Shown here in pieces: positions 36,955 to 50,404 of a stretch of 64,000 bases of DNA (its first letter is position 1; each line of letters starts with the position of its first letter). A model generated the notes under the pieces. It did no database searches and was not told the origin of the DNA. It worked only from the letters and a program-made list of their open reading frames with translations. The position numbers and the translations under genes were made by a program. Origin of the DNA: Callorhinchus milii (Eukaryota); the NCBI RefSeq assembly GCF_018977255.1, contig NW_024704743.1, positions 6,450,001 to 6,514,000 on the forward strand, in the 5' to 3' direction.

Positions 36955-39700
36955 CACAACAACAACAACAACTTGCAATTATACAGTGCCCTTCAAGCGG
37001 GGTATCGTCCCGGAGCGCTTGACAACAAGCCGAGGGGAGGGAGAGGGGGAGGTGTCCGTAAACACGATCATAAAAGAAGGTCTTTAGGTGGGATTTGAAG
37101 GTAGGGAGGGAGCAAAGCGGAGAGATTGAGGGAGAGATTTCCAGAGTTTTGGCGCGTAGTGGCTGAAGGCACAGCCATCGATGGTGGAACAGAAGGCACG
37201 AGAGACAAATAGGAGGCTGGAGCCCGACGAGCAGAGGCAGTGGATGATGGAGTGGAGGGTAAGCAGATCGGATAACCAAGGAGGTACGAGGGAAATGATT
37301 TGAAAACGAGTGAGAGGATCTTGAAGTTGATCCGTTCAGTGATTGGGAGCCAGTGGAGCCTGGCAAGGACTGGTGTGATGGGTGTACGGAGTTTTGTGCG
37401 GGTGAGTGAACAGGCGGCGGAATTTTTAATTAATTGAATTTTGTGTATAGTGGAGCTGGGGAGACCAGCCAGGAAAGCAATGGAATAGTCCAGCCAGGAA
37501 GTGACAAAGGCGTGGAAGCGGTTTTCAGCTGCTTTTGTTGTGAGGTATGGTCGGAAGCGGGCAATGTGGCAGAGATGGAAAAACGAGGTCCTGATCAGGG
37601 AACAGATGTGGGGTAGAAAGAATAGCTGGGGATTGAACCTGACACTTAAGTTACACACAAATTCGGAGAGTCTAAGGGAGAGCCTGGGGAGGTTGAGGAG
37701 TTCAGACCTGCAGAAGAGAAATATCGATGGGAGCCAAAGAGCCGACATTCAGCTGCAGGAAATTTGCGCTCATTCAGGCCTTGGTGTCCATCAAACAAAC
37801 TGACAGCACATCAGTGGACTGGGAGTCTCAGCTGGCGGAGAAGTAGATCTGTGTATCATCCACATACATGTGGAAGGTGACCTTATGTCTGTTAATGACA
37901 TTGCCGAGAGGGAGTGTGCAGATGAGTAAAAGATGGGGACCAAGAATGGAGCCTTGAGGTGACCAGGCGGGGGCAAGAGGAAAAACCATTGGTCAAGATG
38001 AAGTGCTGGAGATTGGTTAAGTAGGACTTGAACCGTGCAAGTGCGGTCTCACTAAGGTGGATGAGGGAGGAGAGACAGTGGAGGAAGATGGCGTAGTCGA
38101 CTGTGTTGACTGCAGTGGAGAGGTCCAAGAGAACAAGGAGGCAGAGAGAGAAGATGCCATTTGTTATTTTGATGCGCGCTCTGTGCTGTGGGTTAGGCAG
38201 AAACCGGACTGGAGGGGTTCGAGTAGGAAGTAGAGGGCAAGGTGTGAGCAAAGTTGGTTTACAACAACATTTTCCAGGACTTTGGTCAGGAAGGGCAGGG
38301 TTAAAATGGGATGGTTGTGAGCAAGGTTGAAGGGATCGAGAGTAGTTTTTTTTTAAGGAGGGGACTGATGACTGCTGTTTTGAATGGAAGTGGGACTGAG
38401 CCTGAGGAGAGAGACTGATTTATCGTGACTGCCAACAGTTGGCATAAGTTGAGTGACCAGCAGGTGGGTGGGGAGGGGTTTGAGGCAGCAGGTGGTGGGT
38501 TTCATCTGGGTGATGGTGGATGAGAGTAAGGAAGGGGAGATGGGGCAAAGGAGTATAGGTTGCGGCCCGTGGTAGGAGGAGTGGGTGATGGAGAGGGAAT
38601 GGGGTGTGGTGGGGCGCGGTGTGGGGGGACGGGTCATGGGGCAGGAGGAGAAGCCGGCCATGCGGATGTTATCTATCTGGGAGATAAAGAAATCCAAGCC
38701 CGCTTCGCACTTGGCATTTGATGTTAAGATTGAGGATGCTTGATGGGGCGTGCGGAGGAGGGGGTGGATGGTGGAGAACAGGATTTTGAAGTTGTTTTGG
38801 GCTTCCAGAATGATCTGTGAATAGAAGGCAGTTTTGGCTTGCGAAAGGGAGCGGTGGTTGGTGTGAAAATGCTCGAAGCTAGCGGTGAACCGGGAGGCCA
38901 GTTTTGAGCCATCTGCGTTCGAGCAACTGGGTTTAGGATTTTAGGGAGCGGGGGGTGTACTGTTGTACCAGGGGGAGCAGGTAGGTTTGGAGATGGTTCT
39001 GGATTTCAAGCGGACAAGGGAATTAAAGGTGGAGGAGTAGTGATTGTTCAGCAACTTCACGGCTTGCTGCAGGTGGAAGGCCAGAGGGAGAAAAGGTCCG
39101 AGGGTGAGAGGGTATTTGTGAAGGACTCGGGTGGAAGCTTTTTCCATGGGCGAAAAAGATGGTGAAGGGCTTGGGGGAAGGTAGGGGGATACGGGAGAAG
39201 AGGGAGATGAAGAAGTGGTCAGAGATAGCCTTGTCCAGAGATGTCTAGGCCATGGGTGATGACAAGTTCAAGGGGGTGGCCATGGTTGTGGGTCGGGGAA
39301 TTAATATGGAGGGTGAGGTTTAGGGTGGAGAGGAGGGTAGTGAAGTCAGAGGAGATGGGGCAGGAGGAATTGAGGTGAAGGTTGAAGTTGCCCATAATGA
39401 CAGGTGTTCAGTGCAGAGGGACAGGGATGAGAGGAGACAAAAGATATCTTTGAGTAAAGGAGCTAGGAGGTTTAGGGGGCCGATAAGACTACAACAATAG
39501 CAACAACAAAATTACATTTGTACGTCGTCTTTCATGTCGGAAGGACGACTAGGAGAATTTTGAGGGAGAGTGGAGTGATGGTACAGGGTGAGGTGCTCAA
39601 ATGAGGGGAAACGGGGAGTTATAAAGAGAGGTAGGGCAAAGAGTGGCAGCAAAGGTAGAGCAGAAAGTGAAGGGGAGGTGGTGTCACGAATGAACTTTGG
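36955..39700 (-). mobile_element. Near-complete L2 ORF2 (APE endonuclease + RT + 3' tail), decayed
   Basis: Minus strand: SFEHL, YRPPK, MGNFNLH, PTHNHGHPL and SDH (endonuclease); LVLLDLSTAVNTVD and HMYVDD (RT); HWLPITERINFKIL; GTT tail near 36960. Confidence 0.9.
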
Positions 39701-40409
39701 ATAATTGCATACTCCATATAATTGCATAATGTTTACCTAGTCCCGACTCCATGCAGTTGGACAGAGCGCATAGTATACTTACTGATTCAGAATTGTTTAC
39801 CTACAAATACAAAGTCATTATACTTTACAGTAAAATTCAGTGAAGTGCTTTGAGAAGTTTTGATGACGTGATAAGGCCCTACATGAAATGCATGGATTAT
39901 TATTATTATTATACTGTGCAAAGCCACATAGAAACTAGGAAAGAACAACACATTTGGAAATGTTTCAAGTTCATGCAGCACTGCTAATGGAAATGAAAAG
40001 TAAAAGGCCTCTTCTAAACCTGAAGAAAGAACATATGTGATCTTGACGTGGGAAGCACAATAAAACAAAACTAATAAAAAGTACTTGGGGACTTTCCCGC
40101 ACTGGTCATTTATAGTCTTTAAGCAATAGATTAATTGTAATGTATAGTTGTGACCTATACTGCTGCTGTATTTCTATGTAATTTCCTGATTATAGAGCAC
40201 TGGATAAGTTTCCATTTTCCACTGAGCAGCCAGTTGCTGCCTACAGTTTGCAAAATTAATCAATCAGAGAAAACAGTGTCAGGCACCAAATTACTTGGCA
40301 AGAAACAATTAAAAAGTTCATTGGTGCATATAATAAATTATATTTGCCAAAACTAGGATACAACTACTGTGGAAAGTCTGTAAGCAAAATTACAATTCAT
40401 TGCCCATCA

Positions 40410-40770
40410 TGGAGCCTCATAGCATAGTGGTTATCGCTCGGCTCGCAAGCGTGAGGATCCGGGTTCGATTCCCAGAGGTGGTGGAACACTACCCAAGTTT
40501 CCTTACTCCACACGATCTGTGGAGTCAGTAAGAACCCGTTTTTAGTTGATTGGCAGATTGCTTTCCGAGGATAATAATCTTTCCAAAAAAACAATAGTTT
40601 GGTCACTCAATCCATGACTGTTTGTGGGACACTGTTGTGTGCAATGGTTGCCATGTTTCACCACAAAAAAATACACAGTCAATCTACCTTACAATATCTT
40701 CTGTGAAGCCCTTTGGGATGTCTCCTTGATGCAATAAGGCACTGTATCAAATGCAAGGCTTATTATTATT
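40410..40770 (+). mobile_element. tRNA-headed SINE, full length
   Basis: B box GGTTCGATTCCC; (ATT)n tail. Confidence 0.88.
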
Positions 40771-41506
40771 GAGGTTGATATTTTTTTCTACTTCTATTTC
40801 TTTGAATTTATTTTAACAACAAAAATCGGGCTTTTAAATAGGGTAATGTCTCAAAGTACTTTTAAAAAAGACCATAAGAATGCAGATCAAAGTTAAACTT
40901 GAGTGGTTCATCATGTAAACTTAAATGTCCTTAACCCAATGATTTAAAATCCAAACAAAAGTAACCAGCTGGACAATTACAGTGAAACTTATCAGTGCAT
41001 CATGTTGGTAAACTACATAGTAGCTATTTAACAATAATAAACACAAAAGTGCTTGGTGCTTGTTTATGATTTTGAAAGTAATAATAATAATTCTTGCATT
41101 TGATATAAATATAAAAAATGGGATTGTCAAGATCAGCAAAATCCATCTGTAGAGAAGGCAGATTTCAGACTTCTTCCCCATATATGACCATAAATTGATT
41201 TAAAAATAAAAGGTAAGCATTTTAATTTAAAAAGTAACTTCTAACAATAGGAATCGATAGGTTCAATTTTTATACTTCCATAAAATATTCCACAATTTCC
41301 TCACATTATGCATTACCTAAAATAAGAACAAATGTATGGTATTCAGTATAGACTTTTGAAATGCCTCAGATTTTTTCTTTTGTTTTTTTTACTGAATAAA
41401 TATGCAAATCCTGATATCTTACAATATATTATATATATATTCTGTCAATCTTGCAGACTTATGCTTAGCATTTTTATATTATCATTCTATCTATATTTTG
41501 GCATTG

Positions 41507-41665
41507 GTCATTGTGTTTGTGGGACACTGCCGTGCGGAATTGGCTGCCAGGTTTCACCCACAAAATATACAATCAATTCACTTTACAGTATATTCTGTGA
41601 AACGCTTTGAAATGTCTTGAAGAAGTGATAAGAAGCTGTATCAAGGTTTATTATTATTATTATTT
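41507..41665 (+). mobile_element. 5'-truncated SINE
   Basis: gtttgtgggacactgccgtgcg...ttattattatt. Confidence 0.85.
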
Positions 41666-42844
41666 AGTGTTCTGTGATCCAATGACCCTAATCTGGTATC
41701 AATATTCCATCATTAGAGATCACTGCCACGATGAGCGATTAAGTCTGTTTAGTAGCATCTGTTACGGAATATACTCTTCTTGATATAGTCTTGAGCTAAG
41801 AGTCTTTGAGTTATTATATAGCCCTGAACCTCCTTTTTATCCCTCTCCTCCTCATCTAATACAATTGCACTTCCAATTTTAGTACACGCTGTTCCCTAAT
41901 ACAACATTCTCTGTACACCCTGCCAAGACTGCACTTCGTAGACTTTATGTCTTTTCAGTCCTTTATTAAACGCTCCTCTGTGCAGCAAGCAACAAAGAAA
42001 TAAACAGTAGATTTCCCAGTTTAATTAGTTTCCAGCATCATTGCAGTTGCCTTCGATGCTGCTTTTAACAAGCTCTCACATGCCAGCATGTGAATCCACT
42101 GTGTTGACATTCCTATTCCCCCCTCCTGTTGCTAATCAGGAATTATTTTTTTCCGAGAGAAGGAGAAACGTTCTCCCTTGGCTTTATTCTTTTCCTCTGA
42201 ATGGCTCTTTGACTCTTGCTGGGGCATGGATGGTTGCCAAATAATATAAAAATAAGGAGCCTTAGCAAATAAGGGAAAATATAATAAAGTGCCTAGTAGG
42301 GGAATTCCTAACATTGAATATACAATTAATGCATGATTTGGCGAAGAAAAACTGGAGAATGCATTGGAATGCTCCAATTCAGGATTCCACTGAAATTCAT
42401 ACAGCACTTCAACAAAAGACCATTTAGTTTCCTATTGAAAAATGCTGAGAAAAATCCAATTCCTCCTTAACCTTCCATCTGTCAAATATTTGTTGATACT
42501 CTAAGGAGCTTAGCTTTTGACAAGCTATTCAATCTTGGAACTTCTTTTTAAAGTGGAATGATAGACAATTGGAAAGAAGGGAAACCGAGGGGAGCCAAAT
42601 CCTCTCACACAAGCATTATTTAATATAAATACATTCAGACCACATCAATTCCAGAGTAAGTGCTACCTTCAGTTTTGTGATTCATTATTGCTCACACAAA
42701 AACCAGTTTCCCTTGAGTGAACACACGATGATTCGTTCATTGATGTGGAAATTACACTTGAGACCAGACTGAATGTTAGCCTGAAGCTCTAAGCACTGGT
42801 TGAAGAGGAGGGAAATAATACTACTGTATTGTATGGCCAGTAAA

Positions 42845-43395
42845 TAACAACACCAACATTACATTTGTATAGCGCCTTTCACATCAGTAGGACCTCCCAA
42901 GGTGCTGGATAGTCAATGTTTCAGACCCGAGCTGCGGTTTGGGATTGGGGACGGTGGAGGGCAAGGGGTGAAGGAGGGTGACCGAAGGTACGGAAGAAGA
43001 GGAGGGTCTTTAGACGGGTCTTGAAGGAGGCAAGAGGCGAGGCGGAGGAACTGCGCGACGGAGTTCCAGAGGGTGGGGGCAGAGTGACTGAAGGCCTGCC
43101 CGCCAATGGTGGGGTGGGCGAGGTGGGGGCCGTAAAGCAGGCCGGAGCCCACTGAGTGGAAAGGTTGGTAGGGATTAGGAGGTTGCAGAGGTAAGGGGGA
43201 GCAAGACCATGTAGGGCTTTGAAGGTGAGGACCAGGAACTTGAACTGTATCCTCTGTGTAATGTGAAGCCAGTGGAGTCGGGTGAGGATGGGGGTGATAG
43301 GGTCAAGGAGCCTGTGCGGTAGAGGACATGGACTGCAGAGTTCTGGATGATCTGCAGACTATGGAGGGAGGAGTTGGGGAGGCCGACAAGCAAGT
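42845..43395 (-). mobile_element. L2 3' end
   Basis: LVGLPNSSLHSLQIIQNSA...TIGGQAFSHSAPTLWNS. Confidence 0.9.
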
Positions 43396-43399
43396 ATCT

Positions 43400-43680
43400 A
43401 ATCCAAACTCTGCTCAGATCCTCACCTGTGCCAAACTCCATCACTCCAGTCCTCGCCAGGCTGCAATTCTCTCTGTCTCCCAACATCAAAGTCCTCACCC
43501 ATAATCTTTACATGAATAGCACCTCCCTATCTTTGTGATCTCCAATTCCACTTCTTTGTTCTCTACTCAGCTAACTGGGGCTTGCTGCATATATCCTGAC
43601 CACTCTGCACCACCATCGTAAGGCTTCTGCTACTACGCCCCTAATCTCTGGAACTTCCTCCCTCCACCTCTACCTCTATC
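43400..43680 (+). mobile_element. Older L2 3' fragment
   Basis: atccaaactctgct...atcactccagtcctcgccaggctgca...ctctggaact. Confidence 0.7.
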
Positions 43681-43689
43681 ACCTCTATC

Positions 43690-44990
43690 GACCACGGATC
43701 CTCCTCCACCGCTTGTCCTCCCACCTCAACCTTCAAGGCCCTGTCCTTGAGGGGTTTAGGTCGTACCTCTCCCACCGTCTTCACTTTGTTTCCACGAATG
43801 GTTTTTCCTCCACCTCCCGCACTGTCTCATGCGGTGTCCCTCAAGGCTCTGTCCTCGGTCCCCTCCTCTTCACCCTCTACATGCTCCCCCTTGGTGACAT
43901 CATCCGCAGACTTGGGGTAAATTTCCACATGTATGCGGATGACACCCAACTCTACCTTTCCTCCTCTACCCTCAACTCCACGACCACCGATGTCCTGACA
44001 GCTGCCTGTCCGACATCGAGTCCTGGACGAGAGACAACTTTCTTCAGCTCAACGTGTGTAAAACTGAGGCCCTCCTGATTGGCTCACGTCAGCGCCTCCG
44101 CACCTCAGGCGCCGACACCATCAGCATCCAAGGCTGCACTCTCCACCTCTCAAAGCCAGTCAGGAACCTCGGCGTTCTGTTCGACCCTGAGCTGTCCTTT
44201 CTTCCCCACATCCGCACCACAACTGGCACCGCCTTCCATCACCTCCGGAATGTCGCCAGACTACGGCACTACCTCACCCCTCACGCTGCTGAAACTCTGG
44301 TCCACGCCTTTATCACCTCAAGGCTGGACTATGGGAACTCTCTCCTCGCCGGCCTTCCCGGCACCTCCCTCCACAAGCTGCAGGTCATTCAGAACTCTGC
44401 AGCTCGTGTACTGTCCCGCACCAGGCTTCGGGACCACATCACTCCCACCCTCGCTCGCCCGCACTGGCTCCCCATCCCCCAGAGGATCGATTTCAAGATC
44501 CCCATCCTCACCTACAAGAGCATTCACGGCCTTGCTCCCTCCTACCTTTCCGACCTACTATCCCCCTACCTACCTGCCCGTACCCTCCGTTCCTCTGGCT
44601 CCGGTCTGCTCCACATCGTCCGCCCTAACCGCCCTACCATCGGTGGCCGGGCCTTCAGCCTCTCAGCCCCGAGGCTCTGGAACTCTATCCCCCAGTGCCT
44701 TCGCCGCCTCCTCCCTTTCCTCCTTCAAGGCCGGTCTCAAGACCTTTCTCTTTGACTGTGCCTTCAGCTCCCCTCTCGACTCTCTACCCCCTCCTTTCCC
44801 TCCCCCTGACCATTTCCTCCCTCGTCGGGTCTTGACCCAACTGTACAGCGCCTTGGTACGTCCTCCCGACGTGAAAGGCGCTCTATAAATGGAATCTTGT
44901 TGTTGTTGTTGTTGTATCTGTCTTTCAGCACCTTGGGACGTCCTCCCGACATGAAAGGCGCTGTACAAATGTAATTTTGTTGTTGTTGTT
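43690..44990 (+). mobile_element. Young L2 LINE (RT to 3' end) with two tandem tails
   Basis: ORFs 43713..44078 ([13 protein letters not shown]...MYADDTQLY) and 44054..44755. CpG-rich; tails at about 44845-44915 and 44925-44990. Confidence 0.95.
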
Positions 44991-45889
44991 TAAATCCCCC
45001 TCTTCAACAGTGCCTATAGCCCCCTCTCCATTTGCTGTTTCCTTTCTCCCTTGCTGGAATTCAACTGTTTCTTTATGAAGCACCCCAAGATGTTATCCCA
45101 TGTGAAGGATGCTATACTTATGGAAGCTGTTGTTATACTAACACTTCCTGATCTGAGTATTTCAGGCCTATCATCCAGACCATTCAAAGCAAAACCATTC
45201 CTCTCATTGGAGCCACTCCACTCTGTAACAGTGAATCATGTGATCAAAACAATTCCGTACGCAGAGACCCAGAATAGTAGAAAATATATTATTCATTCCT
45301 TTCTAGATGGATGTGGTAAAATAGCACTTTAGTTCAAGTGTCACTTCCCACCAAAACACCTAACACCAGAAAACAAAATTTGTCAGAAATTTGTAAAACT
45401 GGCCCCATCTGCCTGTTACATAGAATAATGACGGTTGAAGGGATACCAACACTTCAGCAGTTAGTATTTCAACCTTTCACATTGATGTATTTCTGAGGTT
45501 TAAACTTGGTTTGTGTTGTACAATCTTACAGATGTGAGAGGCAAGTGGTATTTCTGAGTAGCAGTAGTCCACTTGACATCACAGTGGTTAAGTAAATGAC
45601 GCATTGCTGCGTGCAAATTGGCTGCCACATTCACCCACAAAATGCAGTCACTACCCTTTACACCATATCCTGTGATGTGCTTTACGATGTTCTCCCACAT
45701 CAAAGGCACTATATCAAATGTAAGTATTATTATTATTTGTTTATTTTCCCTAAATCATAGTCTTAAAATTTATGATTATGAAGAATTTTGAAAAACTCTT
45801 AAATTCAGTTTTAATTTAGAAGCTGGGATTACTGTATTTCTTTCCAGGAAAGATCTGGAAAGAATAAATATATAGTTGAAACCAGTGGT

Positions 45890-46730
45890 AATAATAACAG
45901 CCCTTAAATTTGATACAGTGCCCTTCAGCTCAGGATGACGTCTCAAAGCATTTCACTAGATTTCCTGCAAAGTATAGTGACTGGGAACTTTGTATGCAAA
46001 TATGGCAGCCAATTTCCACACAGCAATGTCCTACAAAACAGCCATGCTGTGAAACATCAATTTTATCTGGGATATTGTTTGTCGGGATACTGGGAGAAAT
46101 TCTCTTGTGTTTCAAATTCTCTTGTGATATCTTTAACATCCACCTGAACAGGCAGTCGGAAACTCTGGTTAATCTGTTATCTGAATGGCATCTCAACAAT
46201 GCAGTGCTCCCCAGGCAAAACGTTGGAGTGTCAGCCTAGATTGCGAGCTCCAAGTTCCAACATGGGGCTTGAACCCTCAATCTTTTGACTCAGAGGTGCT
46301 ACCAACTGAACCAGGCTAAGAGCATATTCATAACATGATAATAATTTGATATATTGGATTTGATATAGTGACTTATCAGGTTGTCGAGACGTGTCAAAAC
46401 ACTTCACATGATTTACTATGGATTGAATATGTATTTTGTGGGAAAAATGCGGCAGCCCGTTTGTACACCGCAATGTCCCATAAACAATCATGATGCGAGG
46501 GGCCAATTTTTTTTATTTTGTGAGATTGTCAGCCAGGACACTGGGAGAAGCTGCCTTCGCTTTTTGAATAGTGCCATGGGATCTTTAACGTTCAATTGTT
46601 TTAACGTTTCATCCGAAGGATGGCACCTCCAACAATGCAATGCACCCCCAACCCTGGATTGGAGTGCCATCTTAGACAATGTGATTCCAAGTCCAGGGGG
46701 TTTGAACCCACCACCTTCTCACTCTGGGAA
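45890..46730 (-). mobile_element. Two tandem Deu-domain-like SINEs (45890-46320, 46350-46730)
   Basis: Reverse complement includes ggatgaaacgttaaa...aaagatcccatggcactattc, tRNA-like heads and the shared tail. Confidence 0.75.
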
Positions 46731-47049
46731 GGACATGCCTGAGGTTCACTTTCCAATTGACCGTAAAGCTTGATGGGAGGACATTAAGATGGGGATTCTT
46801 GAAGGATGAAGATCAAGGGCCAAAGAAACCTTCTTCACCCAAATCTCTTGTGATCTTTTGAAGCACATTCTACTTAGAATTGTAGCCTTTGACAAAAGTT
46901 AGAAACGTTGGTTTAAACTATGTCAAGTTGGTGACCTGGTGATTTTTGAATATGCAATAAATTCCATTTATCATGAATTTATAAATGAAGGAACATATTT
47001 AATCACCAATTGCAAATCACTGCGAGTTCAAGTTCAGTCTTACCTGCAT

Positions 47050-49520
47050 ATGCCACATATTATGTCAGGATTGTGTGAGAGGAATTGCTCTCTCCAGTGG
47101 TGAGGTATAAAAGATGACGTCGCCAGGCATCAGCATTTTGACTCTGACAAAGCGAGGCTGAGGAAAAGGTGCGTAAGAAAAATTCAAGTGAGATCAAAGA
47201 AAATGGACCTCACAAGGAGTAAGTTTAAATCATCCTTATCTAACCCAGATTGTTTCAGAAATAGGCAGCAAGATTGTAATCGTAAAACTCTGAGAGAAAG
47301 ATCAAATTGCAGTAAAGGCAGGACCACGACACAAATGCATGGTACTTCCAAGGCAACAGAGGAAAATGCCTTAGATCCATTTCCACCTCACATAGCTCTT
47401 GGCTTGGTAGAAGCTTTAGCTTCTGGCAGCACAAAATGGAAGAAAGAGGGAGGGAAGCCAAGCAGTCAGATCTTCCAAACTTCCTGACTGGAGGTGAGAG
47501 GTAAAGCAGGGATGGACTATCTCAAAGAGTCTTTGGAGAGATGAGGAAATTGACTCAACAATGCCTTCAAGAAAGAAAATGTCTATTTAAATGTTAATCA
47601 TAAACATCAACGTGAAGAAGTAGCTGTCAGTGGAGCCTGTTAAATGTATGGTGACCTGGTGAAGTGACAAAATAATTAATATAGTTCTACTTGCTTGGAA
47701 AGCTGGTGACTGAGCAAGGGTCATTTGCAACAGGCAGACATAGATTTTATGATTTATTAAAACCATGATATAGAACCTACAATGTTAGAAATTCTGTGCT
47801 CAGTGAAACAAATGTCTTCACTTTGGCACTAACTAAAGAGGCAAAGAGTCCCAAACTGAAGTCTCCCACAGAGATTGTAAGCTACTCAATACTTGGATGA
47901 AAAAGAGGTGTTCACTAAGATTGATTTCTTCCAGAGAAGCCATTGGCACTGAATTATTTTTACTGGGGTTTTAGGCTCTGATGAATTGGGTGATGAATAA
48001 TTCTTCACTCTAGGAACTGGCCTAGAGATCCAGACAAAACCACATATCTTTCCTGAGATGACAATACATTGACCTTTTTTATCTGATAGTATTTAAAGAT
48101 ATAAACCATGTGGCAACAGGAACAGAAAGAAGAAACCTTGATGATCAACATTAGAAGTTAAGAAACTGTTGATATAGTACTGATTTCTTCTAAAATTCAA
48201 ATAATCATTTAACTAGATGGAGTGTTTCAGATTTGTAAGTTCAACATTATATTTCTCTTGAGATGCTAAAGGATCAAAGTGAGCGTGAAACATCTAAACA
48301 ATTAATAGAATATTTGGGCCTCTTATTACCAAATTGAAGACCTATGATCAAGTCATTACAGTGTGTAAATCAGAACAGTGAGCTCAAAATATTCAGCAAA
48401 AGTATTTTCACTAGGTCTTGGAAGCTGGAATTTTGACCTAATGTGAGAATGAATCTTAAGTGAGATGGAGAGACTTAACTTCACTAACTACAGTGTATAA
48501 ACATGAAGGAAGAACAGAAATAGAAATGGTAAAGTGGAAAAGAGTGGCTTCCTAATACAACTGATTTTCTCCAGAAAACCCATTTGGTGGAAAAGGAAGG
48601 AGATACATCTTGAAATTTGAACATGCATGCAGTGTCAGTTATGTCTTAGCCACCTTTTACTCAACTATGGTGAAGGGTGGCTTCCATATTGCCAAAGGAA
48701 TGTTAATGTTCTTGAGGAATAACACAACCTTGTATGATAATAAACATTGAATTAAGTACAGTAATTACTGAAATTTAGGATATGTTAAATTGAAATATTT
48801 GGAGCTCCCATAAAAATTGCATTTGTATTTTATAAGTATGAACTGTCAAGTTAACCACCTTCATGAATCTAAATTAACCCACATGAGGACATCCACTGCC
48901 CAATAAACATTGTGATTTGGGGAATGTAAACCAAGTCATAAAAAGTACAATAAGAATCCAGTATACTACTGGTGATATGGGAACATGAAGATTAGCAGAA
49001 GAGCATGAGATTTGGATATTCCAGATATTTTTCAAAGACACTTTTAGTGTTGTATAACTAAATTCTGCTGAGAGTAAAATGAAAGAGTATTCAGATGCTC
49101 AGATTGACTGTCTAGGATGATTATCAATGGTCACGATGTGGATGGAAGGGAATGTAGCTGTAATCTGACCAATAAAAATAATATACAGGCTCCATATAAT
49201 AGAATGGAGTAGTAGGGAAAATTATTCTCAATAGAAGCCAAAATCCAACTGGATATGGAAAATGAAAAGTTTGAGGATTAGGCTACATTCATTCCTTTAT
49301 AAAATACATTTAAGAAATGAACCTTCCCAATGGGCTATGTAGTCTCTCTAAAAAACATCTTTGGCATGTGTAACTATTTAAGTTGTTAGGAAAATCATCC
49401 TCTGACTCCAAGGTAAACTTATTGGGTTGGATGCTGGGTTCCAACCACTTTTAAACCAAGGACATAGTCTGCCAAAGAAATAGTCCTTTCCAAACCTCTC
49501 AAGAGATTTTCAATAACAAA
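47050..49520 (+). mobile_element. Highly decayed Ty3/Gypsy-like gag-pol relic
   Basis: Ordered degenerate motifs: VFTKIDF (RT, ~47910), LTRW (RNase H, ~48210), GRRYIL, IFGAPIKI, THMRTS and VNQVIKSTIR (integrase, 48595-48960), and FPMGYVV..LTPR*TYWV..PTTFK (GPY/F-like, 49321-49460). Confidence 0.5.
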
Positions 49521-49684
49521 TGCAAGTTATTCAGCAATTTGTTAAGAGATGTTTTGGAACTAAAAAAAAAGGTTTGTCAAGTATGCAACTGAAACGGACT
49601 GAGGCTGACAAAAGCAACGCTTTTGATTTCGCCTCTGTACCTTGTTGGCGAAGCAATTCTGGCAGCATAAGATCCAGATTTGGT

Positions 49685-50040
49685 GTCAGCCTGGTTCTCC
49701 ATGTATCACTCTCACTTCTGAGTCAGAAGATTCTGGGTTCACGCTCCACTGTAGGATTCTGAACTCACAGTCTGGGCTGACACTCCAATATGATGCTGGG
49801 GAGCACTGCATTGTTGGAGGTAAAGGTAAAGATTTTGTGCACTATTCAAAAAGAAAAGGGAATTTTTTCCCTAGTGTCCTGGACAACTATCCCACAGATA
49901 AAATTGTTCATTAATTTCAAAGATGTTTCTGAGACATTTCGGTACATAAATTGGCTGTTGCATTTACCTACAAAATACACTTTACAGTAAATTCATGTGA
50001 AGCCTTTTGAGCCATCTCCCTAACATGAAAGCCATTATAT
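49685..50040 (+). mobile_element. Deu-domain-like SINE
   Basis: Head tgtcagcctggttc...ctctcacttctgagtcagaag, body and tail. Confidence 0.65.
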
Positions 50041-50404
50041 AATAATAATAATCATAATAATCCATGCATTTGATATATCGCCTTATGACATTGCTGAGAC
50101 ATCTCAAAGCAGTTCAAGATTATATTATAAAGTGGATTGAAAGTGTATTTTGTGGGCGTAACGCGGTAGCCAATTGCACACACCAGTGTACCTCAAATAG
50201 TCATGGATTGAGTCACCACATTTTTTNATTATTACCTCCGGAAAGCGATCCATCAATCGACTATCAACTGGATTCAACTTACTGCTAGGTAAGCAGAGCC
50301 ATGTGGAGTAAAAAAACTTGCCTAAAACTTGCCTGCTCAGGAATCGAACCCGGGTCTTCTCGCTTGACAGGCAGGAGGTCTAACCACTAAGATACAGGAC
50401 TCCA
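50038..50404 (-). mobile_element. tRNA-headed SINE, full length
   Basis: GGAGTCCTGTATCTTAGTGG head; (ATT)n tail. Confidence 0.88.

Noticed and set aside
44079..44888. 269-aa Pro/Ser-rich ORF
   Set aside because: Alternative frame of the C-rich L2 ORF2.
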